The position numbers and the translations under genes are program-made. A DNA stretch of 61,594 nt, the filler included. It is 3 parts of 3 records of this genome, joined end to end, with 100 filler letters (N's around TTAATTAATTAA, not from the genome) between each part and the next. Parts side by side here need not be neighbours in the genome. Positions count along the whole stretch, not along the records: positions 1 to 30,346 come from SRR31156797_6091; 2 more parts are not named here. The stretch is one strand, 5' to 3'. Below, in pieces: positions 1 through 9,563 of the stretch. Numbering within the stretch: the stretch's first letter is position 1; every line of letters starts with the position of its first letter. The notes below the pieces were generated by a model, which was given only the letters and a program-made list of their open reading frames with translations, was not told the DNA's origin and made no database searches.

Positions 1-25
1 TAGGTTCAAGTCCTAGAGGGGGAGC
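1..25 (+). tRNA. 3' fragment of a tRNA (probably tRNA-Asn), truncated by the window start
   Basis: T-arm tagg-TTCAAGT-ccta(g), then acceptor strand AGGGGGA and discriminator G. This end is typical of tRNA-Asn, but the anticodon is outside the window. Confidence 0.75.
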
Positions 26-28
26 AAC

Positions 29-59
29 AAGAAGCCATCCAATTTGGGTGGCTTTTTTT
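29..59 (+). terminator. Rho-independent terminator after the tRNA
   Basis: aagccatcc-aattt-gggtggctt followed by a T-run. Confidence 0.75.
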
Positions 60-113
60 ATATCTATTTTTTTCTTCCAATTCTGACCATTAATTAATCC
101 TTACAAGTTGGGA

Positions 114-170
114 TAGGCTCAAGTCATAAAGGAAGAGCTCAAAGAAGTTATCCCTTGCAGATGCTTTTTT
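114..170 (+). repeat. Degenerate direct copy of the tRNA 3' end and its terminator
   Basis: taggctcaagtcataaaggaagagc matches 1-25 at 20/25 positions, and continues aagaagttatcc...gctttttt like aagaagccatcc...gctttttt. Confidence 0.6.
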
Positions 171-202
171 CATTTATGCTCTTCCCTATTCAAAATTTCT
201 TC

Positions 203-210
203 TATTTTTG
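203..210 (+). promoter_or_regulatory. Bacteroidota -7 promoter element
   Basis: TATTTTTG matches TAnnTTTG, 22 nt before the PAP2 start. Confidence 0.5.
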
Positions 211-232
211 TTGAGATTCTAAAATATATCTC

Positions 233-976
233 GTGAAGAACTACCACTATTTACTAGTATTTGCTATAATACTATCCTTTCAAACTAAGGCTTATTGCCA
301 ATTAAAGAATGATTCAATACCCTACTTTGAAAACTCAAGAGACATTCTAAACCCAGGATTAGGCAAACAAGTCTTTTCTAAAAAAAATCTGATTATTTTC
401 GGAGGTTTACTGGGTAGTACTTTTTTGATAGATGAATGGGCAAGTGATAGAATAAAGGCAAATCAAAATTCTGGTTTAAAAAATTACACCGATTTTTTTA
501 ATGAATTTGGAGAAAAAAAAATAATAGCTCCTTCAATCATTGCCACCTGGGCTATCGGTGCTGTTATTAAAGATGAGAGACTTTCGAACACAGCTATAAA
601 CTCGGGAAAAGCTTTACTAACAGGAGCCATTTTAACGGAAGGAATTAAAATGATTGCTGGAAGATCTCGTCCTGATCAAAACCGAGGGAATATGCATTTT
701 GATGCCTTTGGTGGCACCGATAATAATACCAAATCTTTTCCCTCTGGACATGCATTTGTGGCATGGTCTGTGTTCACTCCTTTTGCCGAAGAGTATAGCA
801 AATGGATTTACCTTATTCCTGCGTCAGTTAGTTTATCACGTATGTACCGAAACCGCCATTGGTTTTCCGATGTTGTTTTAGGAGGTGGAATTGGCTACTT
901 TGCAGGTCTTTATTTCCACAAAAGAAAAAACCAAAGAGTGATTTTCAGTGGAAATGGAATTGTAATTAAATTTTAA
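233..976 (+). CDS. PAP2-family phosphatase
   Basis: Motifs KxxxGRSRP, SFPSGH and SRMYRNRHWFSDV; signal-peptide-like N-terminus; GTG start. Confidence 0.9.
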   Translation: MKNYHYLLVFAIILSFQTKAYCQLKNDSIPYFENSRDILNPGLGKQVFSKKNLIIFGGLLGSTFLIDEWASDRIKANQNSGLKNYTDFFNEFGEKKIIAPSIIATWAIGAVIKDERLSNTAINSGKALLTGAILTEGIKMIAGRSRPDQNRGNMHFDAFGGTDNNTKSFPSGHAFVAWSVFTPFAEEYSKWIYLIPASVSLSRMYRNRHWFSDVVLGGGIGYFAGLYFHKRKNQRVIFSGNGIVIKF

Positions 977-1012
977 GAAAACAAACAACCTATACAACCA
1001 AAAAATTACAAA

Positions 1013-2452
1013 ATGAGTATTGTTAAAGTTTTTAAGAAATTCCCCAAAACCTTTTGGGTAGCCAACACTATTGAATTATTTGAACGCTGGGCTTGGTATG
1101 GATTTTTCATGCTTTTTGCCAATTACCTAACAGGATCAACGGATATTGGAGCACTTGGATTAACTCAAATTCAAAAAGGTAATATTATGGGAATTGGTAC
1201 TGCTATTTTGTATTTTCTTCCTGTTATTACTGGAGCTATTGCCGATAAATATGGCTATAAAAAGGTCTTAGCAATTTCTTTTTTAGTATACAGTTCTGCA
1301 TTTATTGCACTACCATTATTTGATACCTATACTGGTGTCTTTGTCATGTATTTATATTTAGCACTGGGTGCAGCTTTATTTAAGCCTATTATCTCTGCTA
1401 CTGTAGCAAAAACCACCAACGAAGAAACTTCCTCAATTGGATTTGGAATTTTTTACATGATGGTAAATATTGGTGCTTTTATTGGACCTCTAGTAACTCT
1501 AGCCTATAAAGACAGCGGATATACAACCGTATTTTACATTTCTGCAGGTGTCATTTTAATCAACTTCATCCTGATTCTTTTCTATAAAGAACCTGAAAGA
1601 GAGATTAAACAAGAATCATTGGGGGAAGCAATCTGGAATGTATTCAAGAATATTGGAACTGCTTTAAGCGACTATAAATTCGTAATATTTCTACTATTGG
1701 TAGCGGCATTTTGGAGTATGTATTATCAACTGTTCTTCACCTTACCTGTCTTTATTACCCAATGGGTTGATACTTCATCAGTATACAGCTTCTTTGAAGG
1801 AATTTTACCTGCTATTACAGAAACATATGGTAAAAATGGTCAGATGGATTCCGAATTTATTGTGAACTTCGATGCCATGTTCATCATCCTTTTCCAAATC
1901 ATCATCTCATCATTAGTAATGAAATTAAAACCATTAAATGCTATGATGGGTGGTATATTGGTCTGTACAATAGGGATGGCATTGACTCTTTACACACAAA
2001 ATGTATTGTTCGTCATCATAGCAATTTTTGTATTTTCAATTGGTGAAATGGCAAGTTCTCCAAAAATTACAGAATACATAGGTAGAATTGCTCCTAAAAA
2101 TAAAGTAGGACTTTATATGGGCTGCTCTTTCCTTCCTGTTTTTGGAGGTAGTTGGTTAGCTGGTAAAATATCAGGAAATGTATATGGAAGCATGTCTGAT
2201 AAAGTAAATCTATTAGTAAACGAAGTTGAGAAACGAGGTTTGGATATTCCCGCTATTTCGAAAGATTTTTCGGCTACGGATTATTTCAACAGAGCTGGCG
2301 AATTAATGAATATGAATCAAACTGAACTAACTCAATTCCTTTGGAACACTTATCATCCTGAAAATATTTGGTATGTAATTTTAGCTATCGGTTTCTTTGC
2401 CGTGATCGCACTCTATTTTTACGATAAACTACTTTTAAAGAAAAAAGCTTAA
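1013..2452 (+). CDS. MFS transporter, POT/PTR (proton-dependent oligopeptide) type
   Basis: ExxERxxxYG motif (ELFERWAWYG), GAIADKYG, FYMMVNIGA, many TM helices. Confidence 0.88.
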   Translation: MSIVKVFKKFPKTFWVANTIELFERWAWYGFFMLFANYLTGSTDIGALGLTQIQKGNIMGIGTAILYFLPVITGAIADKYGYKKVLAISFLVYSSAFIALPLFDTYTGVFVMYLYLALGAALFKPIISATVAKTTNEETSSIGFGIFYMMVNIGAFIGPLVTLAYKDSGYTTVFYISAGVILINFILILFYKEPEREIKQESLGEAIWNVFKNIGTALSDYKFVIFLLLVAAFWSMYYQLFFTLPVFITQWVDTSSVYSFFEGILPAITETYGKNGQMDSEFIVNFDAMFIILFQIIISSLVMKLKPLNAMMGGILVCTIGMALTLYTQNVLFVIIAIFVFSIGEMASSPKITEYIGRIAPKNKVGLYMGCSFLPVFGGSWLAGKISGNVYGSMSDKVNLLVNEVEKRGLDIPAISKDFSATDYFNRAGELMNMNQTELTQFLWNTYHPENIWYVILAIGFFAVIALYFYDKLLLKKKA

Positions 2453-2477
2453 CGATTTAAGTTTATTAATATTTCTT

Positions 2478-2502
2478 AATCCCGCTTATGCGGGATTTTT
2501 TT
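2478..2502 (+). terminator. Rho-independent terminator
   Basis: aatcccgc-ttat-gcgggatt plus T-run. Confidence 0.85.
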
Positions 2503-2681
2503 ATGCTTTTTCATCAAATTGTTAGCTGAAAATAAGGACATTTAAAGGATAATTCATAATTTGCGCTCAATATTACATACTCCAATTTGTCACAATTCAG
2601 CGACACTTTCGTAGTATCTTCAACCACACAACCATTTTATGCTACCAACCAAAATAGTAAGAACACGTTAAGGCATATTAT

Positions 2682-4412
2682 ATGATAAAATTTTTACACT
2701 CAAAATCTCTTCTAATTCTTTGTGCTCTTTTAAGCATAAGCAGTATTATTTATGCTCAAAGCACAGAAGAATACTATCAATCTGCAACAGGTAAAACTGG
2801 TGTTGAATTGAAAAATGCTCTGCATAATATTATTAAAGGACATACCGAACTTCCTTACACAAGTAAAGAAGCAGGCGACCAATATAATGTTTGGGAAGCA
2901 CTTAAAATTACTGATGAAGATCCATCGAATACTGATAATGTATTACTGATTTACACTGGAAGAAGTGAAGCTAAATCACATCAGGATGATGGTTCAGGAG
3001 ATAATGATTCATGGAATCGAGAACATATCTGGGCTAAATCACATGGTGATTTTGGAACCGACAGAGGTGCCGGAACTGACATTCATCATCTTCGACCATG
3101 CGATAGAAGCGTGAATACTTCACGTAGTAATCTATTTTACGACAACGGTGGAAATCCACATTCAGAAGCTACAGAATGTAACTATGATAGCGATTCGTGG
3201 GAACCTCGCGATGTTGTTAAAGGTGATATTGCCAGAATGATTCTCTACATGGCTGTTCGTTATGAAGGAGAAAATGGTGAGCCCGATCTTGAAATGACCA
3301 ACGACATGAGCTACAGTAAGGATAATTATACAGAACCTTACTTTGGTAAATTGGCAACACTTAAAGAATGGAATGCGCAAGATCCGGTTGATGCAGCAGA
3401 ATTGGCTCGTAACGAAAAAGTGTACACCATTCAAGGAAACAGAAATCCGTTTATTGATCATCCTGAATGGGTTGAAGAAGTATGGGCACCTGATACCGAT
3501 AGTCCTGAAGTAAAGGAATTATCTCCTGTTAATGAAAGTACTGGTGTTTCATTAACTGCTAATTTGATTATCAAATTTAATGAAGATGTTAAGGAAGGAA
3601 CTGGAAATGTCACTATCAAGAGATACAACGACGATTCTGTTTTTGAAACCTTAACCATACCAAGTGTACGTCTTTCCTATTCAGGAAAACAACTTCTAAT
3701 TAATGCAGAAGCTAAATTTGAAGAAGGTGTTAAATATTACGTATTAATTGATAATGGAGCGATTATTGATGCCTCATCCAACACATTTGATGGAATATCC
3801 GATAAGAATACCTGGTCGTTTACTGCAACCTATAGTGCACCGGAATTGGTAGAGTTTTCTCCAGAAGACAACAGCAATAATATTTCCATTGATACGGATC
3901 TGGAATTAACTTTCGATAAAGATGTTCAAGCTGGAGGTGGCAATATTACACTTTACAACGATGGCGGTGAAGTCATGAGTCTTTCTGCCTCATCATCCAC
4001 ATTTAATGGAGAAATGGTTACAATAGAGTTAACCGAAGATTTAGAAGGTGCAACAGAATATTATATTCTTATTGACAATGATGCTTTTGTAAGTGCTAAT
4101 GGAGTTGCTTTTGAAGGTATAAGTTCTGATACCGACTGGACTTTTACAACTGAGGTTATTACAGGAATTGATGACTTGTATGCTGAAGGAAAACCTTCAT
4201 TTTACCCTAATCCGGCAACTTCTGAAATAAAATTGACCAATATGGATAAAGTAATTTCTATTCATATTACCAATCTAACTGGTCGAAATATCATGGAGGT
4301 AAAATCTCCTGACACTAGAATTTCATTGGGTAATCTACCTAAAGGAATGTATTTCGTTACTTTTATCTCTTCAGACGGAAAACGACTGACTAAAAAACTA
4401 CTAAAAAGATAA
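2682..4412 (+). CDS. Secreted endonuclease I (EndA/Bsn-like) with two Ig-like (Big_5/SbsA-type) domains and a T9SS type A sorting domain
   Basis: Signal peptide; WNREHIWAKSHG, DIHHLRPCDRSVNTSRSN, KGDIARMILYMAVRY and QGNRNPFIDHPEW; two P-x-D/N...F..I.....W.F.T modules; C-terminal FYPNPA...LPKGMYFV...KKLLKR. Confidence 0.9.
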   Translation: MIKFLHSKSLLILCALLSISSIIYAQSTEEYYQSATGKTGVELKNALHNIIKGHTELPYTSKEAGDQYNVWEALKITDEDPSNTDNVLLIYTGRSEAKSHQDDGSGDNDSWNREHIWAKSHGDFGTDRGAGTDIHHLRPCDRSVNTSRSNLFYDNGGNPHSEATECNYDSDSWEPRDVVKGDIARMILYMAVRYEGENGEPDLEMTNDMSYSKDNYTEPYFGKLATLKEWNAQDPVDAAELARNEKVYTIQGNRNPFIDHPEWVEEVWAPDTDSPEVKELSPVNESTGVSLTANLIIKFNEDVKEGTGNVTIKRYNDDSVFETLTIPSVRLSYSGKQLLINAEAKFEEGVKYYVLIDNGAIIDASSNTFDGISDKNTWSFTATYSAPELVEFSPEDNSNNISIDTDLELTFDKDVQAGGGNITLYNDGGEVMSLSASSSTFNGEMVTIELTEDLEGATEYYILIDNDAFVSANGVAFEGISSDTDWTFTTEVITGIDDLYAEGKPSFYPNPATSEIKLTNMDKVISIHITNLTGRNIMEVKSPDTRISLGNLPKGMYFVTFISSDGKRLTKKLLKR

Positions 4413-4432
4413 TATTAACAACAATATAAATC

Positions 4433-4465
4433 AAAGGCTATTTCTTTAAAGAAATAGCCTTTTTT
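4433..4465 (+). terminator. Rho-independent terminator
   Basis: aaaggctatttct-tta-aagaaatagccttt plus T-run. Confidence 0.85.
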
Positions 4466-4825
4466 AATACCTATACTTCTGTCTTATTGCTCTAAACAAA
4501 ACGCATGTACTATTTGATCTTTTAATCGATTCTAACGCACTGTCTCCATTCAAATCTGATACTTCTTCAAAAAGAATAACCTTGCTCTAAAAATTAGTAT
4601 ACACGATAATGAAAACTATTCAACTTACATCCAAAACTAATTTTGAATACTATAAAACCCTTCATGATTAAGAAGACAACAAAAATGAAATTTACAATGT
4701 ACTATACCAAGGAATGTAATTAATAAAACTACATAAAATGATTCCACAGCTCTGTAGTTTTAATCATGATAAAAAACTAATAATTGCCACTGTAAGTATC
4801 GTTATATTGGGGTTTATATCAAAAT

Positions 4826-4854
4826 AAAAGCCCGAATCCAATGGATTCGGGCTT
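4826..4854 (-). terminator. Terminator of the TonB receptor-lipoprotein operon
   Basis: aagcccgaatcc-aat-ggattcgggctt preceded by an A-run (T-run on the minus strand). Confidence 0.8.
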
Positions 4855-4877
4855 ACAAATATGATATTCTGAATTAA

Positions 4878-6227
4878 TTATTCAGGTAATCCTTCGATGT
4901 AAGTAAATTCTGGATTTGGACCAGACTTAGTACACTGGAATTTCAATGTATAATATCCATCAGTTAAATCTTCTTTATAAGCTTTAACATCTACTAAATA
5001 GAATACATCAATACCACTAACTTGAGTAACTGCATTAGGATACTTCACAGTTAATAATGCTTCAACACCTTCAGCCATTCTAGTCATAGTTAATGCAATT
5101 GCATCTTCATCACTTAAACCATCAAATTCAGGCATTGGATAATCTTCTGTATTTCTATTCTTTAATCTTAAATCGAAATTAGAATATTTAGCACTTGCTC
5201 CATAGTAATACTCTGAATCAGGGTATTTAGAAGTTACACCATTGTTAGCTACAGAATAGTCAACAATCATCTGATAATCATCAGAAACCATTGTAAACAC
5301 AATAGTAGGATCAAATACCCAACCATCAGCAGTTAAAATATACTGCTCTGTCATAGATATTGTTGATTGATATTCAACCCAAACACCATCTGTAAGTGTA
5401 TATTCTTTAGCTCTGGTTTCAGTAACACCACCACCTGCATAATACTTATATAACACTGCAACTTTTTCACCTTCTACAGCATATGCAAATTTAATTCCTA
5501 AGAATGTTGACAAATAATCTTCTGGAGCAACAGATCCCGAGAAGTTATTGTATTTACCAGGAGCACCCATTGAATCGTAATCAGCAGATTCCAATTCGTA
5601 AATTGTTACATCTTCTGGAACCTCAGGAGCTGACTTGCTTGTCTTAGCCCAAACAGAACCATCGAATGCCCAAAATTCAGTAATTTCAGAAACACTTCCA
5701 TCATAATACTTATAAGTAACTGCTAACTCATCACCATCAGCCGCATCAGGATATTTTCCTAATAAGAAATCTGGTAAATAATCTGCAGCTGGTGCATCAT
5801 CAGAAAAGTTATTATACTTTCCTGGCTCTCCAGAATCAGTTCCCATAGAGTCATAATCTGCATTAGATAAAGTATAAGCTGTAATCGCATCCAATTCCTC
5901 TAGGTAATCAAGATAATCATACAAATAATCAAGACCTCCACGGTAATATGCGTAAGTCACCATTACTGAAGAACCTGTTTCTAATGTAGCATATTTATCA
6001 GCAAAATAATCAGGTAAATTATCAGCGGCTAAATCATACTTGCTAAAACTTTTGTATTTAGCAGCATCACCACCAATAGCCGCGTAATCTTCGGCTCCAA
6101 GAGTCAATTCAATATCTTGAGTATAAGGCTCTCTTAAACCATCCAATTCATCATATGTATCTTCCATTGGATCACAAGCTGTGAAAGTCAATGCAAGAAA
6201 TGATGCGATATATAATAATTTTTTCAT
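4878..6227 (-). CDS. Surface lipoprotein with 3-4 internal repeats (DUF5017-associated type), partner of the TonB receptor
   Basis: Lipobox FTAC followed by acidic DPMEDTYDELD; repeated YxLxxADYDSMG..PGKYNNFS...YL..FL..K(Y/F)..A..G....V.YKYY. Confidence 0.75.
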   Translation of the reverse strand: MKKLLYIASFLALTFTACDPMEDTYDELDGLREPYTQDIELTLGAEDYAAIGGDAAKYKSFSKYDLAADNLPDYFADKYATLETGSSVMVTYAYYRGGLDYLYDYLDYLEELDAITAYTLSNADYDSMGTDSGEPGKYNNFSDDAPAADYLPDFLLGKYPDAADGDELAVTYKYYDGSVSEITEFWAFDGSVWAKTSKSAPEVPEDVTIYELESADYDSMGAPGKYNNFSGSVAPEDYLSTFLGIKFAYAVEGEKVAVLYKYYAGGGVTETRAKEYTLTDGVWVEYQSTISMTEQYILTADGWVFDPTIVFTMVSDDYQMIVDYSVANNGVTSKYPDSEYYYGASAKYSNFDLRLKNRNTEDYPMPEFDGLSDEDAIALTMTRMAEGVEALLTVKYPNAVTQVSGIDVFYLVDVKAYKEDLTDGYYTLKFQCTKSGPNPEFTYIEGLPE

Positions 6228-6260
6228 CAGTCTTAAATTTAAATTTTGACAATAATACTA

Positions 6261-8813
6261 CTAGAATTTAACTTTCAAACCAGTTGACCAGTTTCTACCG
6301 AAACCGTAGTATACCAAGGCATCACTTGATGAATGGCTAAGACCATCCTGAGCTTTTGAAACATACTCTGCATCCAATAGATTGTGCATGTTACCATAGA
6401 TAGATGCATTTAAACCAGCAATCTTAAATCTGTAGTTAAAACCTAAATCTATAATACCAACTTCTGGCATTTCCCATGAATCACCAATAAAATTACCATC
6501 ATTTCTCTTCGTAGCATCAAAGTCGGCATAGTGATCTCCATAGTACAAGTAATCAGCACTAATTCTTAATTTTGGAAGAACTTCGTAACTAATAGCAAGA
6601 GCAGCACTCATTTGAGCTGAATTACCAACGTGTACATCTTTAAGATATGCGTTAAACTCATTTGTTACCTCACGAGTTTCTTCATCAATAATCTTCGCAT
6701 TTACATCATCAGTATAAGTCCAGTCACCAATTGATAACATACCTTTTATAGATAGTTTCTTAGATGGTCTGTATTCAGCTTCAACCTCAAGACCTTTATG
6801 CAATTGATTTAGACCACTAATATTAGCGATTTCATCACCATAAGTTTTTACCAAACCACGATCTTTCCAGTTCGTTCTGTAAACAGTAACTGTTGCATTA
6901 AAGTTTGGAGAACTATACTTATAACCTAATTCTGCAGTAACGATCTTTTCATATTTCACATCGTCGTTTACAGTATTACCATAGTTAATAAATACGTTAG
7001 TGAAATAAGGAGTTCTTTGAACGTAACCACCATTTGCAAATACAGAGTGGATAGAATTAATCTTATAACTTACTCCACCTTTTACATTCCAAGGGAAGAA
7101 ATGTTCCCAATCAGTTTCCTGATCTTTTGGAGCATACTGGAAATAATCAATTCTCTTATAAGATTTTCTTGAAGCAGCAACAGATAAGAATCCTGAATAA
7201 TTATCAGCTACATACTCAGCTTGACCAAATAAACCAGTATATAATACTTTACCATCGTTATGGTAAGAGTATTTATCATCTTTTTTCAATTTAGCATTAG
7301 CATCTCTGTTAATGTTAGAATCATCAAGGAAGAAAGCTCCACCTAATAAATCTTCAACTTCTCTGTAGTGCTCACCTTTATAGTAACGAGCATCAAGACC
7401 GGCAGTTAAAGTAAATTGGTTGATGTTTTTTGTTAAAGTAGAAAGTAAGCCTGCCCAAGTGTGATTGTTTACAGAGTTACCAATAATAGCTTGTGAACCT
7501 TCTGTAGTATATGTAGCATTTTGAGCTGCAACAGCATCAAAATCCAATAAACCATCAGGAGTTCTCATGATATCATCCTTGTCTAAACCAGTCTTATTAT
7601 CAACACCTAACCATGAAGATTTGTTACCAGAAACACGACGACCACCACCTGATCCAACAGATGCATATACAGATGTAGTCAACAATGTTTCCTCATCCAT
7701 ATTCCAGTAGTGATTTAATTGTGCCTGAGGCTTGTGGTAGTAGTTGTAACCATATCCACCACCATAAACTTTTCCTTCACGAATACCATAGTCTGAATTG
7801 TATTTAAATTCATCCTTGTTGTTACGGTACTGCTCAATAGTGTGCTTATTTCCTCTTTGGTTGTGCCACTGTGGAGCTCCAGTTATCATGAATGATACTG
7901 TGTGCTGCTCGTTAATTTTTTTAGAAACATTTGCATAGTATGACCATGCATCAAAATCAGTTCCTTTAACGTAACCATTACCATAAGTATGAGAACCCAA
8001 TAAAGTTACAGCCCAACCGTTATCCATCATTCCTGTAGAAACAGCAAATAATTGCTTACGGTATCCATCGTTACCAATACCTGCTTTAACAACACCACCT
8101 TTTTTAGCGTCAGTTGATTTAGTTAAGATATTGATTGTACCACCAACTGATGATAAACCTAACTTAGAAGCACCTAAACCTCTTTGAACCTGCATTGTTC
8201 TAGAAACATCAGAAAGTCCAGCCCAATTTGACCAATAAACTTTCCCATTTTCCATATCATTAACAGGAATACCGTTAATTAATACACCAACGTTGTTTGA
8301 GTCAAAACCACGGACATAAACAGTAGCATCACCAAATCCACCACCTTCTTTCGAAGTATAGATAGATGGAGTAGATTTCAAAATCTCAGGATATTCTTGA
8401 GATCCTAATTTGTTTTCAATAAGCTCAGCGCTAATAGTTGATACAGAAACAGGAGTTTGACGATCAGTTACAACCGAAGCTAAAACACTTACCTCTTTCA
8501 AACCAACAGCGTCAGATTCCAACTTAATGTTTCCTAAATCCTGAGCTCCTGATAAAGCGATTTCTTTTTCTAGAAATCCTACAAAACTTACAACAATTTT
8601 TGATGCTCCCTGAGGCAATTGCAACGCAAATGAACCATCAAAACCTGATACTGTACCTGAAGTTGTTCCCGGTACTACAATCGAAGCTCCTGGTAAACTT
8701 TCACCAGAATCTCCGTCTACCACCACACCTTTTACGGTGGTTTGAGCAATAGCTGCAATGGACAACATCATAACCGCTGCCATTGTCAAAATACTTCTCA
8801 TAGCATTTTTCAT
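6261..8813 (-). CDS. TonB-dependent outer-membrane receptor with N-terminal carboxypeptidase-regulatory-like domain
   Basis: Signal peptide; VKGVVVD..SGESLPGASI; plug YVRGFDSNNVGVLINGIPVNDMENG; C-terminal GRNWSTGLKVKF. Confidence 0.92.
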   Translation of the reverse strand: MKNAMRSILTMAAVMMLSIAAIAQTTVKGVVVDGDSGESLPGASIVVPGTTSGTVSGFDGSFALQLPQGASKIVVSFVGFLEKEIALSGAQDLGNIKLESDAVGLKEVSVLASVVTDRQTPVSVSTISAELIENKLGSQEYPEILKSTPSIYTSKEGGGFGDATVYVRGFDSNNVGVLINGIPVNDMENGKVYWSNWAGLSDVSRTMQVQRGLGASKLGLSSVGGTINILTKSTDAKKGGVVKAGIGNDGYRKQLFAVSTGMMDNGWAVTLLGSHTYGNGYVKGTDFDAWSYYANVSKKINEQHTVSFMITGAPQWHNQRGNKHTIEQYRNNKDEFKYNSDYGIREGKVYGGGYGYNYYHKPQAQLNHYWNMDEETLLTTSVYASVGSGGGRRVSGNKSSWLGVDNKTGLDKDDIMRTPDGLLDFDAVAAQNATYTTEGSQAIIGNSVNNHTWAGLLSTLTKNINQFTLTAGLDARYYKGEHYREVEDLLGGAFFLDDSNINRDANAKLKKDDKYSYHNDGKVLYTGLFGQAEYVADNYSGFLSVAASRKSYKRIDYFQYAPKDQETDWEHFFPWNVKGGVSYKINSIHSVFANGGYVQRTPYFTNVFINYGNTVNDDVKYEKIVTAELGYKYSSPNFNATVTVYRTNWKDRGLVKTYGDEIANISGLNQLHKGLEVEAEYRPSKKLSIKGMLSIGDWTYTDDVNAKIIDEETREVTNEFNAYLKDVHVGNSAQMSAALAISYEVLPKLRISADYLYYGDHYADFDATKRNDGNFIGDSWEMPEVGIIDLGFNYRFKIAGLNASIYGNMHNLLDAEYVSKAQDGLSHSSSDALVYYGFGRNWSTGLKVKF

Positions 8814-9393
8814 AAAACGAATTGTTAGGTTAGTAATAATGCAACATTATTGCCGCAAAATCATCTTTCATTTCCCCTGAAGAAAAGGATTACAAAAATG
8901 GTTTGTTTAAAACTTATTAACAAATAATCAACAATGAATTATTTGCCATTCATCTTTAATTTTTAATGGTTTATCGAAAAAATGATTCACATCGAAAAAA
9001 TCGGGACAAAATTTTCGATTTTCATTTAAAAAATCAAGATTTTTTTAAAGTTTTTATTTTCAAAAATTAGGATTCGGAAGATAACAATTTTTTATTCAAT
9101 ATCCATAATATAACTTCTCCCAAAAGTTTAGTTATAAAAGCGTTCCAATACTGTTCCTAAGTGGCGTAATATAGAAATCATCGTTATATGGGTGATGTAT
9201 CAAATTATTCTATTTCCCTTATCCTTACTTATTTTTATTCTAAATTATCACTCCTTTATTAATTATACCTCAAAGCTAAAATAATGAGCAAAGTAATCTG
9301 TTAAGTTAATTTTAATTAAGTGCTAAGAAATAAGAATCAGTTTATTCCTATAAATTATTCCTAATAAAAAGATTTTTTCACAAAAATAAACCG

Positions 9394-9401
9394 TACTTTT
9401 G
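9394..9401 (+). promoter_or_regulatory. Bacteroidota -7 promoter element for typA
   Basis: TACTTTTG(CAGCC). Confidence 0.65.
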
Positions 9402-9563
9402 CAGCCGCATTTTCAGCAGCGCAATCGATTCTGTTACAATAAATTCATATTTCGGAATGTAATGATTGCCTTTGATAAAAAAAGCTCGTAATATACAGTT
9501 TCGAGTTTTGTGAAGAAGTTGACTAATTTATAGGACACTGAGTCCGAAAAAGGTAAATACAAG

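Noticed and set aside
4466-4825. Short repeats (ttgctctaaa twice, aaaactaca/tgtagtttt) in the nuclease-lipoprotein spacer
   Set aside because: Too short and AT-rich to distinguish from chance; no ORF or RNA motif supported
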